Below are positions 20,660-30,889 of a stretch of 64,000 nucleotides of DNA, piece after piece. Where the stretch lies: the sequence record NZ_CP037472.2. One strand, written 5' to 3'. The stretch is from a plasmid. Position 1 is the stretch's first letter. The number at the start of each line of letters is the position of its first letter. Below the pieces are notes generated by a model that saw only the letters and a list, made by a program, of their open reading frames with translations, ran no database searches and was not told where the DNA came from. Made by a program: the position numbers and the translations under genes.

Positions 20660-22065
20660 TTATGAAGCTAGATAAGATTAAGGATAAAACCTGCTTAAGT
20701 GATGAACAAAAGGATTTATCTTCTATTTTTATTTTTAATGTTAATTCAGATGAACATTTTAAGCTAAAATTTTTGGGTAGTGATGATCTTCTAAGAGAAC
20801 AAATTGCATCTCTTCTTGTTTGGCCAGAGATCGTGAGCAATTCATTTGAAGCAAAAGATACTTTAAGAGATGATTTTATAGTTAACTTTCCAAGCATTGA
20901 CATTGATTCTCAAGTTGATAGTTTGAGAGATGTTTCTTTTAAGCAAGATGTAAATTTCACGAAAGGACAAGTAGATAGTGAGGAAAGAGAAGTTTTTGCT
21001 GATAATTTAATTAAAAATATACTTTCAAATTTAGTTTCATCTGTGATGCCTAATTTTTTAAACTTATTAAAGCTTCCCATTAATGATGTTGCTAGTAATG
21101 TTTCCGATACTGATGCCTTGGATAACAATTCTCTTTTAAATTTAGATATGAGTATTTTTCATGATTTAAACAATTTAATTTCCGATTTTCTTGCATCACC
21201 AGCCGTAATTCCTGATAAATCTGGACTTGAATATTTAGATATTGATTCAAAACTCAAAGGAATTGGCAAAATAAAGAAAATACAAGAGAGTAAATATTCA
21301 GGGATATGGCAAGGTAGAGGAGTAGGGGGCAAAATTAATGAGTTCACTTATGATGATTTTGAAAGTAAAAAAATAGAGGATATCCTTACAAGTACGGGTA
21401 AATTTGATACTCAGGTAGATATGAATGATTTTATTCGTAAAACCTGTGGTTTTAGGTCTTTGTTGTCTAAGGTTGAACCAGAGTGTACAAGAGAAACGCT
21501 TTTTGATGTAGTTAATCTTGCAGGTTCTTTAAAGGGACGCAATAGGTATTTACAGGATAATGATAGTATTGTGTCTGTTATTTATGATTTATTCCAAGGA
21601 AATGATGAGAATTTATCTTCCATTATGGATGATTTAGAATCTTCAAAGGGGAATTTTTCTAATTTTGATACTGGCTTGGATAAAAATGGAGATTCATATA
21701 TTGGTTTAAAACAGCGTCTTAAGCGTTCACTTTTAAGTTTAGATGAGAACCCAGATTTTCACTTAAGTTCAAGCTTAGATGATACTACTCATTCAGACTC
21801 AACCTCAAGCAACTTGGGAGTAGTTAGTGCTATGAGAGATAATAATATGTATATAATTTTAGAAGAAATTAGGGAGTTTTTAAGTTGGGCCCGTAGTGTA
21901 AATTTTGAAAGAAGTATTGTTGAACCTTTAGGTACCTATTTTATTAACATGGAAAATGTTTTTGCTGATTTAACAGATACATTGATGTATATCGTGCAGG
22001 GTGCTTCTTTGCAAAATAATATGAAGGATTATAAGATGGGAAATGAAAGTTCAAGAATGCCTTAA
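20656..22065 (+). CDS. cp32-like late operon protein 12 (large, D/S-rich; tail or tape-measure-like; hypothetical)
   Basis: 469 aa, ATGA overlap with the previous gene; operon context. Confidence 0.45.
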   Translation: MIMKLDKIKDKTCLSDEQKDLSSIFIFNVNSDEHFKLKFLGSDDLLREQIASLLVWPEIVSNSFEAKDTLRDDFIVNFPSIDIDSQVDSLRDVSFKQDVNFTKGQVDSEEREVFADNLIKNILSNLVSSVMPNFLNLLKLPINDVASNVSDTDALDNNSLLNLDMSIFHDLNNLISDFLASPAVIPDKSGLEYLDIDSKLKGIGKIKKIQESKYSGIWQGRGVGGKINEFTYDDFESKKIEDILTSTGKFDTQVDMNDFIRKTCGFRSLLSKVEPECTRETLFDVVNLAGSLKGRNRYLQDNDSIVSVIYDLFQGNDENLSSIMDDLESSKGNFSNFDTGLDKNGDSYIGLKQRLKRSLLSLDENPDFHLSSSLDDTTHSDSTSSNLGVVSAMRDNNMYIILEEIREFLSWARSVNFERSIVEPLGTYFINMENVFADLTDTLMYIVQGASLQNNMKDYKMGNESSRMP

Positions 22066-22082
22066 GGAGGATATTTGATAAT

Positions 22083-22643
22083 ATGTTAAATGATATAACG
22101 TTATTTATTTTGGAACTTGTAAATCACGTTTTAGGTCTTGCAAAATCATCTAATTTCATTGCATTATTTCCACGTCCTGATCTTAAGGGTTTGGATTATT
22201 TTCCACAGATATTTTTTATATATCCCAAGGGCAGTCCTATTGTGGAGAGTATGAGTATTTCTAGTAGCCAGAGATCTATTGTTAATCTTAGCACCAGGCG
22301 TAGTGAATTTATTAATTATAATGTTACGGCAAATCCAAAGATAATTTCCATTTCTGAAGCAATTTTAGCTCCAATTCATGACCATTATTTGATTGAAAAT
22401 TTAACAAAAACACCTTTTAAAAATAGTATCTTAGAGTTTGATCTTAATTTTGTAAAGGAGCAATTTAGAGAAAAATTTAGGGCAGGTACTTATTATAGTC
22501 TTTATAATCGTTCGATTGGCTTTCATGAAACAGCTATTGTTAGTTCTTTAAGAATGACAAATACTGCCTTTATTGATGAGATTAAAATGAATATAGATAT
22601 TAAAATAGTAAAAACTTTTAATTATTTTACTTATAAAGGTTAA
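22083..22643 (+). CDS. cp32-like late operon protein 13 (hypothetical)
   Basis: RBS AAGGAGGA upstream. Confidence 0.45.
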   Translation: MLNDITLFILELVNHVLGLAKSSNFIALFPRPDLKGLDYFPQIFFIYPKGSPIVESMSISSSQRSIVNLSTRRSEFINYNVTANPKIISISEAILAPIHDHYLIENLTKTPFKNSILEFDLNFVKEQFREKFRAGTYYSLYNRSIGFHETAIVSSLRMTNTAFIDEIKMNIDIKIVKTFNYFTYKG

Positions 22644-22661
22644 AATAGATTATCATACATT

Positions 22662-23771
22662 TTGATATTTAGGAGAATGTTTATGTTGAAATTTAAATAT
22701 ATTATATTGTTGCTGTTTTCTTTGTTTTTAAACATTAATGCAACCCCTATAGTTAGACCTTTTAATTTTGATAATTGGAATTTTGATCAAGAGGTTGAAG
22801 AAGCTTATGAGTCCAGTTATGAGATAGTAGATGGTGTTTTAATAAATGTTAATGATTCAAGTAAGAATATGAAGGCAAAGAGAATTTTACAAAAAATAGA
22901 GGATCTTGAACGTTATTATAATTGCCTTGTGAATATCATAAGGGATGAGATTTTTTTGCAAGTAGAAAATGAATTTTTGAAAGATTATGGTCAATATTTT
23001 GATGATGATGTTTTTACAGAAACTGATAATAGATTTAAACAGTTGATAGAAATTCCTATGGAAGAGAAGTTTGGCAATTATAGGTATAGACTTATGAGTT
23101 TTGCTAGTAAGAGTTGGATTAAAAACCCCGATTATACGAAGTTATTTATTAGACTACAGCTTAAAGAGATTTGTTTTATAGAAAATTATCTTAACCAAAA
23201 ACTTGGTATAAAATTTGGTGATTTAAGTAGTCAGAAATCAAATGATCAAAAATCAACTCGCCAAAGACCAAGTAGCATGATGGATAGTAATGATCAAAAA
23301 TCAACTCGCCAAAGACCAAGTAGCGTGATGGATAGTAATGATCAAAAATCAACTCGCCAAAGACCAAGTAGCGTGATGGATAGTAATGATCAAAAATCAA
23401 CTCGCCAAAGACCAAGTAGCGTTATGGATAGTGATGATGAGGGCTTTGGTAATCCAAGACCAAGTCGTTCAAGACGAAGTAATCCAAGACCAAGTCGTGT
23501 GGTGGATGGTGATGATACCTTTAGTAGTTCAAGACCAAGTCGACAGGAATCAAATGAGATGATGAGAGCAAATGGTCAAAATCCGAGTCCTAAATCTAAT
23601 AAGTTGCAACCAAGTGGTACTAAGCAAGGAAATATTAGGCCAAGTAGTACCAGACCATCCCTAAGAAGACCAGGACGAGATGTAAGACAGAAATTTATAC
23701 GACCTATTGTTACGCCAATTGGTGATAAACCAGGTAATTTTGTGTTCAGAGAAAAAAAAGATGAAAATTGA
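22662..23771 (+). CDS. Secreted repeat protein within the late operon (tail fibre or surface protein candidate)
   Basis: N-terminal signal peptide (IILLLFSLFLNINA-TP). Four tandem 16-aa repeats NDQKSTRQRPSS[VM]MDS, then an RPSR/Pro-Ser-Arg-rich low-complexity tail. Confidence 0.5.
   Translation: MIFRRMFMLKFKYIILLLFSLFLNINATPIVRPFNFDNWNFDQEVEEAYESSYEIVDGVLINVNDSSKNMKAKRILQKIEDLERYYNCLVNIIRDEIFLQVENEFLKDYGQYFDDDVFTETDNRFKQLIEIPMEEKFGNYRYRLMSFASKSWIKNPDYTKLFIRLQLKEICFIENYLNQKLGIKFGDLSSQKSNDQKSTRQRPSSMMDSNDQKSTRQRPSSVMDSNDQKSTRQRPSSVMDSNDQKSTRQRPSSVMDSDDEGFGNPRPSRSRRSNPRPSRVVDGDDTFSSSRPSRQESNEMMRANGQNPSPKSNKLQPSGTKQGNIRPSSTRPSLRRPGRDVRQKFIRPIVTPIGDKPGNFVFREKKDEN
23241..23432 (+). repeat. 4 x 48-bp near-perfect tandem repeat inside the 22662-23771 CDS
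   Basis: Unit aatgatcaaaaatcaactcgccaaagaccaagtagcgtgatggatagt read directly, with 1-2 substitutions between units. Confidence 0.85.
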
Positions 23772-23850
23772 TGTTAATCTTTTGGGTTTTTAATATTTTT
23801 CAAAGTGCTTGCTTTTAATTTTTAAATTAAGGCTTTGGTAATGGAGTTTT

Positions 23851-24780
23851 ATGTTACTGTTTCAGTATGACTTTAAAATAGAATTTTATGGTGTTTTGGG
23901 TGGAATTATTAATGATCAGACTCCCAAAGTGATAATAAAGACAAAATATGGAGCACCCGCTATTAATCTTGTAATTAGTAATGAATATTCCCTTATAAGT
24001 TCAGTTCAGTGTAAAAGGGCAAAATTGCAATTATTTAATATGCCTTTGAATTTTAATGAATCTTTAACTATTGGGGATATTGTTAAAATATACTATAAAA
24101 AATTTGCTAGTGAGGGTGATTTAGATTATAAATTTATTATGGCAGGTTATTTGGGGGCGCCTGTTGATTTTGATTTTGAGAGTGGTGATTTTATTTGCCA
24201 GTATGAAATTTATCTATTATCTAAGGATACTTTTTTTAATCAAGAGCTTACTGTTAAAAATTTCAAATACAAATCTTTAGAAGAGTCAATAAATTTAGTA
24301 TTTAAAGATCAAGCCGTTATTTTCATAAATCATCAAGACAGAAGCCGTCTAATAGTTGAAAGTTTTTATGTTTCTACTTTAAAAGAGTTTATAGAACGAC
24401 TTATTGAAAGATATGTGAATTTAATTTTTGTTGATATTGGCGATTCAACATTTAAGGTTGATACTAGATTTATTTTTATCAATTTTAGTGCACAGGAGAT
24501 AAAGAAGGATTATAAGAATTTAGAAGATTTTGCACTTTTATTTATTCCACAAAAAGAAGTGAGGGTTGTGGGTAAATCTACTGTTAATTTTTGGAATGCA
24601 ACACTCCTTTTTACAGATAAGATTAAGGTGGGAGATGGGGTTCAATTTATTAATAGATGTGGTAAGTCTGTTAAGGCCTTTGTACAAGAGACCAATGCTT
24701 ATTTAAGCAATGTGGGGGATTGTACATTAGGATTAAGACTTTATGATGAATCTAATGTTTTTGAAGGTAAGGTAATTTGA
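23851..24780 (+). CDS. cp32-like late operon protein 15 (hypothetical; baseplate/tail candidate)
   Basis: RBS GGTAATGGAG upstream; 309 aa; ATGA overlap with the next gene. Confidence 0.4.
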   Translation: MLLFQYDFKIEFYGVLGGIINDQTPKVIIKTKYGAPAINLVISNEYSLISSVQCKRAKLQLFNMPLNFNESLTIGDIVKIYYKKFASEGDLDYKFIMAGYLGAPVDFDFESGDFICQYEIYLLSKDTFFNQELTVKNFKYKSLEESINLVFKDQAVIFINHQDRSRLIVESFYVSTLKEFIERLIERYVNLIFVDIGDSTFKVDTRFIFINFSAQEIKKDYKNLEDFALLFIPQKEVRVVGKSTVNFWNATLLFTDKIKVGDGVQFINRCGKSVKAFVQETNAYLSNVGDCTLGLRLYDESNVFEGKVI

Positions 24781-25397
24781 TGATGAAAAATTATGAATTT
24801 TACAGGAATTTAGGAAATTTAAGTGATGGTTTTATGCTTGAGGATGTTAAGAGATATTTATATAAGAATGTATTTATTTGTCGAGTTGGGGTTGTAAAGG
24901 AATTTGATTCCCAGACTCAGAAAGGGACTGTTGTAATTGAAGAGTATGAAGATCTGGATATTTTAACTTGCAATATTTCAGCTCTAAGATTAGAGCTTCA
25001 GAAAGGAGACAAGGTAATATTGCTTCAAAGTAGCATTAATATTTTCAATGAAAAAGATGATAATTATTTTGATAAACATTATTTTTATATTTTAAATGCG
25101 GTAAATCTTGAATTTGCAGGTATAAACTTACAGAAGTTTAATATCAATACAAAAGAATTGACTTGTGTGAGTGAAGAGACTTCTTTAAGGTCTAAGAATG
25201 TAGTATGTGAGGGGGCTAATACTAAGATTTCTCTAAAATCCTTAATTATTGAGGCGGATGACATTCAATTGAAAGGTAATGTATACATTAACGGTAAATT
25301 ATTTGAAAGTCATATGCATGGTGTTGGTACCATGACTTATGTGAATGCCGGGGGAGCTCCTACTCTTGTAACAGGAAATACCTCAGGTGTTTCATAA
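24777..25397 (+). CDS. cp32-like late operon protein 16 (hypothetical; Gly-rich C-terminus, spike-like)
   Basis: C-terminus HMHGVGTMTYVNAGGAPTLVTGNTSGVS. This is the last gene of the overlapping block. Confidence 0.4.
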   Translation: MMMKNYEFYRNLGNLSDGFMLEDVKRYLYKNVFICRVGVVKEFDSQTQKGTVVIEEYEDLDILTCNISALRLELQKGDKVILLQSSINIFNEKDDNYFDKHYFYILNAVNLEFAGINLQKFNINTKELTCVSEETSLRSKNVVCEGANTKISLKSLIIEADDIQLKGNVYINGKLFESHMHGVGTMTYVNAGGAPTLVTGNTSGVS

Positions 25398-25604
25398 GTT
25401 TGATTAAAAGGGTATAAAGGATGTTGTAATTTTATTTTAAAAAATTATTTAATTAATTTTAATTTAATCATTTTATTTTCACTTATAAATTGGCTTTTAA
25501 TAATAAATCAACCTTTGATCATTTTTATTAATAAATTTTTTTTTAATAAAAAGTTTAATTAATACATTATTGGGATATATTTGGTAGTTAAAAGGAGATA
25601 TATT

Positions 25605-26216
25605 ATGAGAGTTTTTCAATTTTTGATCTTATTGTTAGCGCTTTTATTTTGTTGTTGTGATGATGTTGAATATAATGATGATGCAAGTTTTGATCATACT
25701 TTTGAGTATTTTGCTGGAAGTGATTTTGATATTGGACTTGACTTTGACTATCGTTTATTAGAGGGTCTAGCTACAAACTTTAAGCTCTCAGAAGAAGAGA
25801 AGATTGCAGTTGGATTTTTAAGAAGAGCATTAACCGATCCTATGATTGCAAAGGATGTTCCAAATGTGAGTACGTACAGTGATGATGAGTTTTATGAGTT
25901 TTTGTTCATTCTAAATGCTGATCGGACCAAAGAAGCGATTGCTGATATAGTTATGACTTTAAGGGTACGAGATGAAATATTAGAAATTATAAGGGCTGAT
26001 TCTAAAGCATATGATTTTAAAGATCGGCTTATTACTAAGGAAAAAGAATATTTAAAAAATTTGAAAGTTGCTTGTAGTAGTGATAGGGGATATGAGGGAA
26101 CGTATCTATCACTTATATCTTCTGATAATTCGTTTATGTTTGGGGCACTTAGAAATCAAATATATTACGATTTTATGAACGTTAATTTCAGTTTAGGTAA
26201 ATTAGATCAAACATAA
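25605..26216 (+). CDS. Putative lipoprotein (acidic)
   Basis: ATG at 25605 preceded by AAAAGGAGAT. Signal MRVFQFLILLLALLFCCCDD. Confidence 0.45.
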   Translation: MRVFQFLILLLALLFCCCDDVEYNDDASFDHTFEYFAGSDFDIGLDFDYRLLEGLATNFKLSEEEKIAVGFLRRALTDPMIAKDVPNVSTYSDDEFYEFLFILNADRTKEAIADIVMTLRVRDEILEIIRADSKAYDFKDRLITKEKEYLKNLKVACSSDRGYEGTYLSLISSDNSFMFGALRNQIYYDFMNVNFSLGKLDQT

Positions 26217-27168
26217 TTAATGGACCAATAGTAATAACGTTAAATAGTAAAGTTATATGTAGGTAGAGTAAATTCTTATATTATCAACATAGTCTAGTTT
26301 GACGTAGTGTTATTGTGTGTTAAAATAGTTTGTGGATTGGTTTTTAGTAATTTTACTGCTTTAATTAGTGAATATTTGTTTTAGAATTTTTTAGTATATT
26401 CTTGGGTATTCTTAACTTCTCTCTATTTGCGTCTCATCTTAAATACGTAAGCACGACTTTACTCCCCATTAATTCTGGTTACAATTTTAGTGTCAATAGA
26501 ATAAAGAAGATATAGTCAGGGTTATTAAATCTGCAATTAAAGGTAAGAGTTCTTTTGACTTGGATTTCTAAAAGGTTATAGACTCTAGTGAAAGTCTGGA
26601 CTATTTTTTTTTATTTTCTTATGTTACACTTAAATTAAGTAGTAAAGATTTCATATTGGTTTGTTTTAGTTTTATGATTTTTTAGCTTGTATTCTGGATT
26701 TGAGTAATTTTTGTATATCTTCAATTATCTAGTTAAATGAATAATTAAGGAATTAATGTTCTTTTTTGCATAATGCTCTATTTTATTATTTAATCATGAG
26801 TAAATGTTAAATAATTTAGGATAGTGTAGATTAGTTTATTTTGCTTGTATATATGTCAGTTGATTTATAAGATGATTCAAAAAATTAGGTTGAATATAAT
26901 AATACCAGATAGGTTAGTATTGTTCATGAATTTGTTAAGATTCAGTCAATTATAATTTTTGAAATTATTCTGATTAATTAAATAAGTTTATTAGGTTGAT
27001 AATACTAGTAATGAAGCGGTGGTGTATTCCTTGATTGTGCTAAAAGCAATTATACTTACACTCTAATTAAGATTAGTTTAAGTTAGTTGGCAAGTATCTA
27101 TACAAGGTCACTAAGCTTAATCTATACTGCTTAATTTAAGATAGAAGTATAAGTATTAGGAGAATGTT

Positions 27169-27900
27169 ATGGTTAAATTTATAAATTATTTGATACTTTG
27201 TAGTGCATTATTATTTTTTTATTGTTCGGATCCTAATAAGATGGTATCTGATAAAAATCAATCACTAAATAAATCACTAGATTCACAGATAACTGCTGAT
27301 AAGGAATTGGATGATATTGTTGGCTTAACTCATGATGCGGCTAAAAAGTATCGTTTTTTAAAAAATATACTTTTTAAGATATTTTCTGAATTAGAATATC
27401 ATGGCTATAATTTTGATGTGTGTTCAGGTGAATTTTGTTACGATCAAGATATAGACAATCTAGAGCTGGATTTGGAGAAAAGAAAACAGATGAATAAAGC
27501 GAGAGCTGATGAGAGGAGGCAAAAAGGATGTTTGTCATTTTTAGATTGGCTTGCAACTAAACCAGATAAACAAAAGAGATTGGTTGCTTCTTTTGGTTTT
27601 GCTTATGAACTCTTAAACAAGATAGGTGAAAAACATGCAGTAGACAAGACTTCAGATCAATATATAATTGATCTTCTTGATGTTGGATACAAGAATTATT
27701 GGGAAAAAGGATGTGGTGATAGTAGTAATGCTTTTACTTGCCCCATATTTTGGTTTTTTAGAGACATTATTCAGCCTTTTAATAATTCGTATTATGATAA
27801 TCATGAAAATATGTTTGATTTTTTTGAGAAAGCTTTCTTACCTGATTCTGTATTAAAAAAACATCATTACAAAATTTTAAAGGAACTTTCGGAAAAGTAA
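27169..27900 (+). CDS. Putative lipoprotein, Cys-rich
   Basis: RBS AGGAGAA; signal MVKFINYLILCSALLFFYC-S; 243 aa. Confidence 0.5.
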   Translation: MVKFINYLILCSALLFFYCSDPNKMVSDKNQSLNKSLDSQITADKELDDIVGLTHDAAKKYRFLKNILFKIFSELEYHGYNFDVCSGEFCYDQDIDNLELDLEKRKQMNKARADERRQKGCLSFLDWLATKPDKQKRLVASFGFAYELLNKIGEKHAVDKTSDQYIIDLLDVGYKNYWEKGCGDSSNAFTCPIFWFFRDIIQPFNNSYYDNHENMFDFFEKAFLPDSVLKKHHYKILKELSEK

Positions 27901-28379
27901 TATTTAAACATGTATGAATAGTGATTATATAAATAGATGAATTTATGCATGTAACATAATCTTATATAAAGATTGTGTTGCATGTAGATTTAAAAATGTA
28001 TATATTTATTATTTTGTAATTGTAATTACTCTGAATATAAAAAAGACCAGATTCAGAGTTTGAATTCTTATAAAGTTAGAAAATTATACATTGTAAGCTT
28101 TAGGTGGTGATGATGGGGGTTTAAGTTCAATTTATAGATGAACGTTTATTGTTAAGGAAAATGGTGGTTTGAAATACAGAGATTGTATTAGCAAAAGTAT
28201 TAAATCCTTATTGAAATTGAAATAGCCTTTGATCATATGTGGGCAGGTGTTTAATTGTAAAATTAAATTATTGCATAAATGTAATTATTATTATATAATA
28301 ATATGCAAATAAACAGATTTGAGCATGCAAGGTTGTAATAACTACTATGTTGTATGTCAATTTAAGAAAGGAATGATGT

Positions 28380-28574
28380 ATGTATTTATTTAAGAAATTT
28401 AATTATTTAATATTGGGTGTAATATTGGGTGTAATATTAGGTGTAATATTAGGCATATGCCTATTGTTTTATACTTGTGGTTACTCTGAAGATCAAAAAG
28501 ATGTAAAAAAGAAGTGGCCCTCTTCAAGTCAAATTCCTGTCAAGTTAGAAATGTGCAATGAAGAAAAAACTTAA
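28380..28574 (+). CDS. Small putative lipoprotein with GVIL x4 repeat in the signal region
   Basis: 12-bp unit tattgggtgtaa repeated 4 times (28411-28458). Possible lipobox LLFYTC-G. Confidence 0.3.
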   Translation: MYLFKKFNYLILGVILGVILGVILGICLLFYTCGYSEDQKDVKKKWPSSSQIPVKLEMCNEEKT

Positions 28575-29046
28575 GTGATTAATGATGATTTGGTGGCTAA
28601 AAGGAATACGAAAAAAGAAAAGAGGGCCTTTTGATTTTAGTATTAATATATTATTAGGATAAAGTATCGATGATATAAGGACTAAGCTAGATTTTGATTT
28701 AATTGCTAAGCTGTCTTTATTACAAAAGATAACACCTTCTATGGTAGTGATATAGACATGTTGCTTATATTAAATATTTATTAAAAGGTGTGAAGGTTTC
28801 CAATAAGGAACCTTTCTATTATAAATTGCTTTAAAAATAGAAATATATAATTTGTTAACTACTGCATAATAAACTTAATGCTCTTTGAATCATTGTTTAA
28901 AATATAAAAATTAATTGGTTGTGATTCACAAAGGTTAAGGTTAAAGGTTAAAACCCCCAATTTTTGCTAGTTTTAATGTAAGTTAAAGATGAAATTAAAG
29001 AAGAAGTGATATATTTATTTAGGTTATAAATGTGAGAGAGATTTAA

Positions 29047-29500
29047 ATGAAGAGGATTAATTTTAATTTTGTTTTGTTTATGTTATTACTAATTAGTAGT
29101 TACGGTCTATACAATAATAAGAATAAGGAAGTTGAAAATGGAGCTAATAATGGAGAGCTGGATCAACAAGTAGAGAAACAAAAAACATCTGAGGAAACAT
29201 TAAGAGAACGTTTAAGTGAATCACAAAATAAAAATCTAGATTTCTTAAAAGAGGCTTTAAATGGAGATGATAGTAAGTTTAGTAAATTTTTGAGTGCAGA
29301 TGATACAAAAATTTATACTTGATCATATAGAATCACAGCTGAAAGACTGCACAGATGAGCAAAAGACAACGTTTAAACAGGTGGTAGAGGGAGTCCTTGG
29401 AGGAGACATTGATCAATTTACAAATCAAGCATCTAGCATGTGTAATATGGTAGGAGATAGGGGGGGGGTTGGGATGGTGAAGGGTCCAACTAAAAAATAG
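29047..29500 (+). pseudogene. Frameshifted secreted-protein gene containing a G9 tract
   Basis: ORF 29047-29322 (signal peptide, Q/E/K-rich) continues in another frame at 29294-29500. A G9 run at 29460-29468 lies inside the second part. Confidence 0.4.
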
Positions 29501-29762
29501 CAAACATAGCTAATAGACATAATAATTACTGAATCTGAATTAATGTTATAATGCAGAAGCAACAAGACTATAAAAGAGAAAGATATAGATATCAACAACA
29601 GTTTTAAATATATTTTATTTTTTTAATAATTTATATTATATTAAAGTTAATATGGTAATAGTCAAAATTTTTGAATTTTAACGAATTGATTTATTAATCA
29701 ATAAATTTAAGGCAAGGTTATTTAAACTCTTGCCTTTTAAATTAAAAATTACTCTTGGTATT

Positions 29763-30569
29763 TTAGTTGTTAATAGGAACTCTGAATTGATTATTAGCGG
29801 TAGTTGTGCCTGGGTATTTTTCTATAATCTTTTTCATAAATTCATTAAATAATTTACCATTTAAAAGTATTGTATAAGTGTTTTGTTGCTGAGTTGTTTC
29901 GTCTTTAACAGTTATTTCTGCTTCCAGAAGATTCCATTTGCCATTATTGTAAAGAGCGGTAAAAGCAGATATTAATTCCTGACCACCAGTTGGGGATATT
30001 GCATTTAATATACCATAAGGGTATACGTTTTTGTATTCGTCCTCAGATGATTTTTCCATTTCAGGGATGCCTTGAATACCTAAAATTTTTTTGTTATTGA
30101 AATTTAGAGTTGGGTGCTCTTTTAATCTAAATGAAGTTACTTGAATATTATCTTCTAAACTTTCAAATAATATTAGTGGCATGACATATTTACTATATTG
30201 ATCGTTGTATTTAATAGGTGATACTGAATATGAGAATCGAAGTTTGTTTTTTAATGATTCTATTGGTTGTTTGTCCTTGCCAATTATTTCTTTGGCTTTA
30301 ATTTTCATCCAGGTGATTGTGCATTTTCGTGGACACTCGCACCACAAACAGACTAGACACATGCATTTTTCTTTGGTTCCTTCAAGTATTTCAAATGTTA
30401 CTTGCTCGTTCATGATTGCTTGCTCATTTATGACTATTTTTTTCTCTTCTTTTAATTTGTGATTATTATGAGTGTGTGATTTTTTAGTCTTGTTTTGAAT
30501 GTTTGAAAAATCGTTACTTAAGAAACAGCATGTTATGAATAATGGGAATATAATGATTATTTTTTGCAT
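29763..30569 (-). CDS. Lipoprotein, Cys-rich, paralog of 7086-7871
   Basis: Signal MQKIIIIFPLFITCC-F. Cys cluster CMCLVCLWCECPRKC. Shared SYS[IV]SPIK block with the 7086 gene. Confidence 0.6.
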   Translation of the reverse strand: MQKIIIIFPLFITCCFLSNDFSNIQNKTKKSHTHNNHKLKEEKKIVINEQAIMNEQVTFEILEGTKEKCMCLVCLWCECPRKCTITWMKIKAKEIIGKDKQPIESLKNKLRFSYSVSPIKYNDQYSKYVMPLILFESLEDNIQVTSFRLKEHPTLNFNNKKILGIQGIPEMEKSSEDEYKNVYPYGILNAISPTGGQELISAFTALYNNGKWNLLEAEITVKDETTQQQNTYTILLNGKLFNEFMKKIIEKYPGTTTANNQFRVPINN

Positions 30570-30889
30570 TTTACTTCTCTCCAAAGTTTACAAGTATATA
30601 GCGGAAAATGATATTTGTAATTTATTTTTGCTTAGTTCAAATAAATTTTTCAAGAAATTCTTTATTTAATAATCAATAATTTTGTGATAACATTTACCTA
30701 TTAATTTTCATTTATTTTGATTTAAGGGAAAGTTAGGTTTAGTTGATGAGATGAGCGGTTTAATTGTGTTTAAGGTTATTATTGGTCTGGGTAATCACCT
30801 TGAGGGTTGATTTCAAAAAATATAGACAGTTTTGAGATTTAAATCTCATAAATAGAAGTAATTTTTAAGGGATATAGGACGGGTGGTAT

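Noticed and set aside
20646-21347. Several 60-85-aa minus-strand ORFs inside the 469-aa late-operon gene
   Set aside because: They are antisense to a long, translationally coupled CDS, with no initiation signals.
23191-23415. 74-aa minus-strand ORF with its own internal repeats
   Set aside because: It is an artefact of reading the 48-bp tandem repeat of the 22662-23771 gene in antisense.
23241-23432. Possible CRISPR array, because of regularly spaced identical 48-bp units
   Set aside because: The repeats are directly abutting with no spacers and lie in frame within a CDS. This is a protein tandem repeat, not a CRISPR array.
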